Assembly (NCBI GenBank): GCA_963849245.1
Contig: CAWKIY010000001.1
Span: 1-55,224, forward strand
Origin: a candidate division FCPU426 bacterium
Lineage (GTDB): Bacteria; Oederibacteriota; Muellerivitia; Muellerivitales; Muellerivitaceae
DNA length: 55,224 nt
Direction of reading: 5' to 3'
Part shown: in pieces, positions 50,379-55,224 of the stretch
Position numbering within the stretch: position 1 is the stretch's first letter
How the letters are laid out: each line of letters begins with the position of its first letter
Notes under the pieces: generated by a model
What the model was told of the DNA's origin: nothing
The model's database searches: none
Seen by the model: only the letters and a program-made list of their open reading frames with translations
Program-made: the position numbers and the translations under genes

Positions 50379-51622
50379 GACTTAACCGCCTACTTTTTTT
50401 AATCGGTCTTGGCCTTTCCATGCTTTGCTTTGGAAAAAGCTTGGCTCAAACCGCCGGATTGGCGACACCTTTGGGATTATCCGGCGCCTCTGCCCGGGCG
50501 GACGCCTTGGGATCGAGTTTCATGGGAGTCGCGGACAATAGTACTGCCCTCTTTTTTAACAGCGCGGGCCTTTCCGGATTATCGCAATCTGAAATATCCC
50601 TCCATCACAACAGTTATTTGGCTGGAACCTTTGAGGAAACGCTGCTTTATGGATTTTCAGCCGGCTCCCTCGGTGGTTTTGCGGGTGCTTTTCAATATAC
50701 CAATTGGGGAAACATCGACGGCCGGGACGCTTCCGGAGTATCCCAAGGAACCTTCACCGATAACGACATGGGTCTAAGCGTTGGATGGGGCCGGGAATGG
50801 TTTAAGAGCTTTTCTATCGGTCTTGACCTTCACGCGATCCAGCAAAAAATCGCGGACGCTTCTTATTTAACCTTCTCCGCGGATTTAGGACTGCTTTGGC
50901 AAGCCGAGAAATATTTCCGGCTGGGGTTAACTTATAGCGGCTTCGGCACCCCTCTCAATGGTCAATCTTTGGCTCAAGACCTTCGGGTAGGCGCGTCCCG
51001 CCGGTTCAATCTGGACACAAACAAAGATCTCTTGGCCGCTTTTGCGGGCACATATGAGCCGAATGGTGTTAGCGGATTACAGGGTGGTCTGGAAATGGGA
51101 ATTGATAGGAGTTATTTTTTGAGAGTGGGTTATCAACAGCCCCTATTGGACAATCAGATAACGGGTTTTGCTAATTTTACCGCCGGTGCCGGCGTGCGGT
51201 TCGCCGATATTAGCTTGGACTACGCTTACATTCCTTATGGCGATTTAGGAGCTTCCCAACAATTAAGTGTTGGCTACGACTTCCCTAATCCGGTACCAGT
51301 TGTGCCTGTCACCATAATAGCAACTCCGGCACCTACACCAAGCCAGCCTAAATCCCAGATAGCGGTACACTTTGAGCTGCCCGCCGACTCGGCAGTCACA
51401 CCCGGAGCAGGTGTTTCTCAAACCAGCGATACAGTTCTGGAGAGCTATGAACAGAACGCGCAAAAACATCCCAACGACAGCCGGGCTTGGCGGGATTTAG
51501 GAATCGTCTATTTCCGTGCCGGACGCCGGGACTCAGCCATTCAATGTTTTGAGCAAGCTCTTAGACTTGATCCCAACGATAAAGAACTGCAAGGCTGGTT
51601 GGAAAAATACAGAAATCCCTGA
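50375..51622 (+). CDS. PorV/PorQ (FadL-like) outer-membrane barrel with C-terminal TPR
   Basis: GTG start overlapping the upstream stop (GTGA); [24 protein letters not shown]; ADLG; LRVGY; [23 protein letters not shown]; then a Pro linker and TPR AWRDLG..Y...G....AI.CFEQAL.LDP. Confidence 0.8.
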   Translation: MRLNRLLFLIGLGLSMLCFGKSLAQTAGLATPLGLSGASARADALGSSFMGVADNSTALFFNSAGLSGLSQSEISLHHNSYLAGTFEETLLYGFSAGSLGGFAGAFQYTNWGNIDGRDASGVSQGTFTDNDMGLSVGWGREWFKSFSIGLDLHAIQQKIADASYLTFSADLGLLWQAEKYFRLGLTYSGFGTPLNGQSLAQDLRVGASRRFNLDTNKDLLAAFAGTYEPNGVSGLQGGLEMGIDRSYFLRVGYQQPLLDNQITGFANFTAGAGVRFADISLDYAYIPYGDLGASQQLSVGYDFPNPVPVVPVTIIATPAPTPSQPKSQIAVHFELPADSAVTPGAGVSQTSDTVLESYEQNAQKHPNDSRAWRDLGIVYFRAGRRDSAIQCFEQALRLDPNDKELQGWLEKYRNP

Positions 51623-51682
51623 AGAAAAGCATTTCATCCGAATTACTAAGAACAAAATCTTCAAACTCTTTTAAAAATAAAA

Positions 51683-53542
51683 TTATCGGGTGACTAAAAT
51701 CTTCAAAATTCTGAATTGAGGATTGAGTCCATTGACCTGCACTTTGATGTAATAAAGGCCGTTCGCCACCGGCACTCCCATTTTGTCTTTTAGATTCCAA
51801 GTCAAGGTGATGTTATTTTCCGGAATGGAAGCTGAACCGTCGTATACCTTGCGGAATGCCAATGTAAAGACGCTCCACTCAACCGTAGAACCAACTGGAG
51901 CTTGAATTTGAATGGAAATAGGGCCCGGGCCTAGAACCGGATTGGGATATGGCGGCATAATTTTCACAACGGTAATTGGGGGTGTATTGGTCGGGGTAGC
52001 CGTCGCGGACGAAGTCGAAGTTACGGTCGGGGTCAAAGTTTTGGTAAAGGTATTCGTGAATGTAACGGTAGGTGTCGATGTTGAAGTATTCGTGGACGTG
52101 GCCGTCGCGGACGAAGTAAAAGTTTGAGTTACGGTTGAGGTAGAAGTAGAGGTCGGAGTGGAGGTTGGGGTACTAGTAGGTGTATTCGTCGGTGTATTCG
52201 TTGGCGTGAAAGTAAAGCTTGGCGTAAAGGTAGCCGTAAAGGTATTTGTGTTCGTAGGGGAATAGGTATCGGTGAAAGTATTAGTAACGGTATAAGTAAA
52301 GATGGGTGTATTTGTAATGGTAGGGGTCATCGTCTTGGTAAAGCTATTGGTAGCGGTAGCCGTATCCGTATTAGTTGTAGTGGCGGTAGGGGTAAAAGTC
52401 CAAGTAGAAGTCGGGGTAAAAGTAATTGTCGGCGTATAGCTGTTGGTTGGAGTCATTGTGATGGTAGGGGTATTGGTAATGGTATAGGTAAACAACGGCG
52501 TATTTGTGGAAGTAAAAGTCTTCGTAGAAGTAAAGGTATTAGTGGGGGTAGATGTATGGGTAGACGTAAACGTGTTGGTAAAAGTCGAGGTCGGTGTATT
52601 GGTTCTTGTCGCGGTCGCCGTAAAAGTGTTGGTCCCAGTTGAGGTACTGGTTGGCGTATGGGTCTCGGTTGGTGTCGCGGTCGTCGTCGGGGTCATTGTA
52701 ATCGTCGGTGTATCCGTGATTGTCGGCGAGTTTGTAATCGTGCTGGTGAAAATCGGAGTATTGGTTTTCGTCGGAGTTGAAGTGCTGGTGGCTGTGGCGG
52801 TAAACGTGTGAGTAAAAGTATTTGTGGGAGTATTGGTTTTCGTTGGAGTAAAGCTATTCGTCGGGGTGTTGCTATTGGTTGGGGTAGAAGTAAACGTGTT
52901 CGTAAATACCGGGGTATTCGTTTTAGTAACTGTTGGGGTGTAGGTTCGAGTAGGTGTAAGCGTAAACGTTTTAGTGGGTATGGGTGTATTGGTTTTCGTG
53001 GGAGTATTCGTAGGCGGTACTGGTGTATAGGTAAAGGTGGGTGTGTTTGTAGGACCAGCGACACACGAAGAAGCTACGCTCCAAGTAATCGGAAATACTC
53101 CATCGTTAAGGTAGTTCGGATCCAATGCGAGTGCGGCTGCCTGATCCAAATCGAGTGAATGAACTCCATGAAGACTGTCACAACCCGGACAAGCGTCAAA
53201 CACCTCAACCAGTAGAGTCTTACCATTAGCCGTATCGGTAATATTAATACATTGACCGCAGTTGACGATGGTTCCCTTATCAACCGTATTCATCGCGCAC
53301 ATATATTGGGTTGGAGACCCATTGGCAATTCCACTATTTGTGCAGGGTGAAAGAGTTCCGCAAGCGTATGCGGAGGAACAATCACAATAGTAATAGCTGG
53401 CTTCCCCCCCCGTATAAACGGTTTGGGCCGCAAGGGTTGAAACACCCGCTCCATAAAGAAGACAAGTAAAGAGGAGCAAGGTTTTAAAAGAGCGTTGAAG
53501 AGACGGAGTAAAATTAATTCGAACCGCTAAAATCGTTTTCAT
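51683..53542 (-). CDS. Secreted expansin/RlpA-like (double-psi beta-barrel) protein on a long Thr-rich stalk with T9SS-like CTD
   Basis: Likely start MKTILAV at 53542 (GGAG RBS); [43 protein letters not shown]; about 350 aa of TxTP repeats; [33 protein letters not shown]. Confidence 0.8.
   Translation of the reverse strand: MKTILAVRINFTPSLQRSFKTLLLFTCLLYGAGVSTLAAQTVYTGGEASYYYCDCSSAYACGTLSPCTNSGIANGSPTQYMCAMNTVDKGTIVNCGQCINITDTANGKTLLVEVFDACPGCDSLHGVHSLDLDQAAALALDPNYLNDGVFPITWSVASSCVAGPTNTPTFTYTPVPPTNTPTKTNTPIPTKTFTLTPTRTYTPTVTKTNTPVFTNTFTSTPTNSNTPTNSFTPTKTNTPTNTFTHTFTATATSTSTPTKTNTPIFTSTITNSPTITDTPTITMTPTTTATPTETHTPTSTSTGTNTFTATATRTNTPTSTFTNTFTSTHTSTPTNTFTSTKTFTSTNTPLFTYTITNTPTITMTPTNSYTPTITFTPTSTWTFTPTATTTNTDTATATNSFTKTMTPTITNTPIFTYTVTNTFTDTYSPTNTNTFTATFTPSFTFTPTNTPTNTPTSTPTSTPTSTSTSTVTQTFTSSATATSTNTSTSTPTVTFTNTFTKTLTPTVTSTSSATATPTNTPPITVVKIMPPYPNPVLGPGPISIQIQAPVGSTVEWSVFTLAFRKVYDGSASIPENNITLTWNLKDKMGVPVANGLYYIKVQVNGLNPQFRILKILVTR
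51975..53050 (-). repeat. Degenerate low-complexity coding repeat (Thr at alternate positions, TNTPT/TFTPT units)
   Basis: Strong G/T skew on the + strand; imperfect units with no spacer structure. Confidence 0.85.
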
Positions 53543-53830
53543 TCGTCTCCCTACAAGGACCCTGTTGACTGATAAAATCTTCAAAAGGATATCGCCATCA
53601 TCTCAAGAATTATGCGAAATATTAGTCTTTTTAATACTACTTTTTTGCCAAGAAACATAGTGAATTATCGTTTAAATTCAGCAATTTCATGGATAAAAGA
53701 CTAACAGGCTTAATGTCTTTACCCTTGCCCATCTCACTTGTCTCTTTATTTCGATCTTTGATCTCACCGCCCAAAAAAAGATACAACGTCATACACTAGA
53801 GCGGATCATGAATGCGGTTAAAAGGAAACC

Positions 53831-55224
53831 ATGACGACTTCCAAAAACCATGAATGGGCGCGAATCCTTCTCGGACTCTCCGTTCTTCTAACGCTATTGC
53901 CCTATCTAAATGTACTGGATAATTCCTTTGTCGATTGGGACGATACCCTTTATATCCAGCATAACCTTCACATCCGTCACCTGAATCTCACGACCATCCG
54001 TTGGAGTTTCGTGAATTTTTATGGAGGCTATTGGATCCCTCTAACTTGGCTCTCTTTCGCTTTCGACTTCTGGATAGGACGTCTGGAACCCTGGGTTTAT
54101 CACCTAGACAACCTCATGCTTCATCTCGCGAATACAGCCATGGTTTTTCTCGTGAGTCACAAACTCTTGACTGTAATCCAAAAACATAATAAAGAAGTCT
54201 TCGACAGGCCGTCGTTTGTGGCTTTCGTAACCGCCCTTCTTTTCGGGATCCATCCAATTCATGTGGAATCTGTCGCTTGGGCCTCTGAACGAAAAGATCT
54301 TCTTTATTGTCTTTTTTCTCTTTTAAGTTTTTCGAATTACCTAAGCTATACTTCCTTGCCGCAAAACCGACGATGGAATTACTTCGGTTGTCTGGCATTC
54401 TTCCTTTTAGCGATTCTTTCCAAACCCATGGCGGTCAGCCTTCCTTTCATCCTTATTCTTTTAGATTACTGGCCGTTGAAAAGATCGCCCCGCAAGATTT
54501 GGATAGAAAAGATTCCTTTTTTCACCGCCTCCTTTTTATCAGCGGGAGTGGCGGTACTGACACAGTTCAAGGCCGGGGCTGGCTGGGATCTAAGTCAAGC
54601 GCCCTTATCTTTTCGCTTTACGAATGCTTGTCATTCACTCCTATTTTATTTATTAAAAATGGTGGTCCCTATTCGATTAAGCGGCTTCTACCCAATCCAT
54701 TTGGAAAAAACTTTCTCCCTGGAATATTTGATTTCGACTCTATTAGTCCTTTTGATTTCATTGTTTTGTTTCCAGTTACATAAAAAACGACCTTATCTTA
54801 CGACCGCCTGGCTCTATTATTTATTATCCTTGGCGCCCGTTTTAGGGATAGTTCAAGTCGGCAATCAAGCCGCCGCGGACCGATTTACTTATTTACCCTC
54901 TCTTGGCCCGTTTCTTCTGGCTGCCGCGGCTTTCGTCTTTCTTTTGTCCCGTTGGCGGGCTGTTTTTATATTTCTATTTGTTGTAGCGGTCCCCTTATTA
55001 AGTTTTGAGTCTTATCGACAGGTTTCTGTTTGGAAAAACTCCATCTCTCTTTGGGAAAATGTTTTAAAAATCGATCCTCATAATAATTTAGTGGTGCACA
55101 ATAACTTGGGGGAAGCCTATGAGGAAGCAGGCCGTTTTAATGATGCCCTTATTCAATTTGAGGACGCCACCATCAACGGGACTTCTTTTTTAAACGCTCA
55201 CTGGGGTAAAGCCAGAACATTGTC
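53831..55224 (+). CDS. TMTC-like (GT-C fold) membrane glycosyltransferase with C-terminal TPRs; runs off the window end
   Basis: Not in the ORF track because no stop lies in the window. Manual translation: MTTSKNHEW..NSFVDWDD..YI..N..YWIPLTWLSF..YHLDNLMLHLAN..LFGIHPIHVESVAWASERKDLL..LSKPMAV..AADRFTYLP..WKNSISLW..HNNLG.AY. Confidence 0.85.
   Translation, partial: MTTSKNHEWARILLGLSVLLTLLPYLNVLDNSFVDWDDTLYIQHNLHIRHLNLTTIRWSFVNFYGGYWIPLTWLSFAFDFWIGRLEPWVYHLDNLMLHLANTAMVFLVSHKLLTVIQKHNKEVFDRPSFVAFVTALLFGIHPIHVESVAWASERKDLLYCLFSLLSFSNYLSYTSLPQNRRWNYFGCLAFFLLAILSKPMAVSLPFILILLDYWPLKRSPRKIWIEKIPFFTASFLSAGVAVLTQFKAGAGWDLSQAPLSFRFTNACHSLLFYLLKMVVPIRLSGFYPIHLEKTFSLEYLISTLLVLLISLFCFQLHKKRPYLTTAWLYYLLSLAPVLGIVQVGNQAAADRFTYLPSLGPFLLAAAAFVFLLSRWRAVFIFLFVVAVPLLSFESYRQVSVWKNSISLWENVLKIDPHNNLVVHNNLGEAYEEAGRFNDALIQFEDATINGTSFLNAHWGKARTL

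Noticed and set aside
51975-53050. Highly repetitive G/T-rich tract as a possible CRISPR array or satellite
   Set aside because: The units are degenerate, codon-phased and lack constant repeats with unique spacers. They are fully explained by a Thr/Pro-rich coding linker.
51975-53050. TxT periodicity as an ice-binding/ice-nucleation beta-solenoid
   Set aside because: Frequent prolines and irregular unit length fit an extended glycosylated linker better. There are no INP-type 16-mer repeats.
54001-54783. ORFs 54001-54189, 54114-54398 and 54307-54783 from the track
   Set aside because: They are out-of-frame or antisense to the continuous TMTC-like frame starting at 53831.
1-55224. tRNA, rRNA and CRISPR-cas genes
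   Set aside because: None recognised by eye; a tRNAscan/Infernal run would be needed to exclude them formally.

Overview
The window has two very different parts. (A) 1-~13.6 kb is a GC-rich anti-phage defence island in which almost every gene is broken by single-base indels, most likely uncorrected long-read errors. It carries an AbiJ-NTD4-like/HEPN gene and a Type I restriction-modification operon (half-size hsdS, hsdM, rhuM remnant, hsdS, hsdR, YgjP/M48 protein). An unrecognised two-gene cassette (RuvC/RNase H-fold-like protein plus Ser/Thr kinase) sits between hsdS and hsdR, followed by a HEPN/Zn-ribbon protein and a second kinase-TPR protein. (B) From ~13.66 kb, starting in the middle of a GT4 glycosyltransferase, the DNA is more AT-rich, has no visible frameshifts and comes from a diderm bacterium. 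It holds housekeeping and signalling genes (yaeQ, hrpB, receivers, PilZ, DUF2225, lipase, SDR) and a ~25 kb cluster of large secreted modular proteins. Four of these end in a Thr/Pro linker plus a shared T9SS type-A/FlgD-Ig-like C-terminal domain. Beside them are a PorV/PorQ-like barrel, a TonB-dependent receptor, an ECF sigma whose putative anti-sigma carries the same C-terminal domain, and a TMTC-like O-glycosyltransferase. The A/B junction is probably an assembly chimera. The best novelty candidates are the RM-embedded RuvC-like/kinase cassette and the T9SS-like sorting module with a CTD-bearing anti-sigma factor. All family assignments come from motif recognition by eye; no database search was run.
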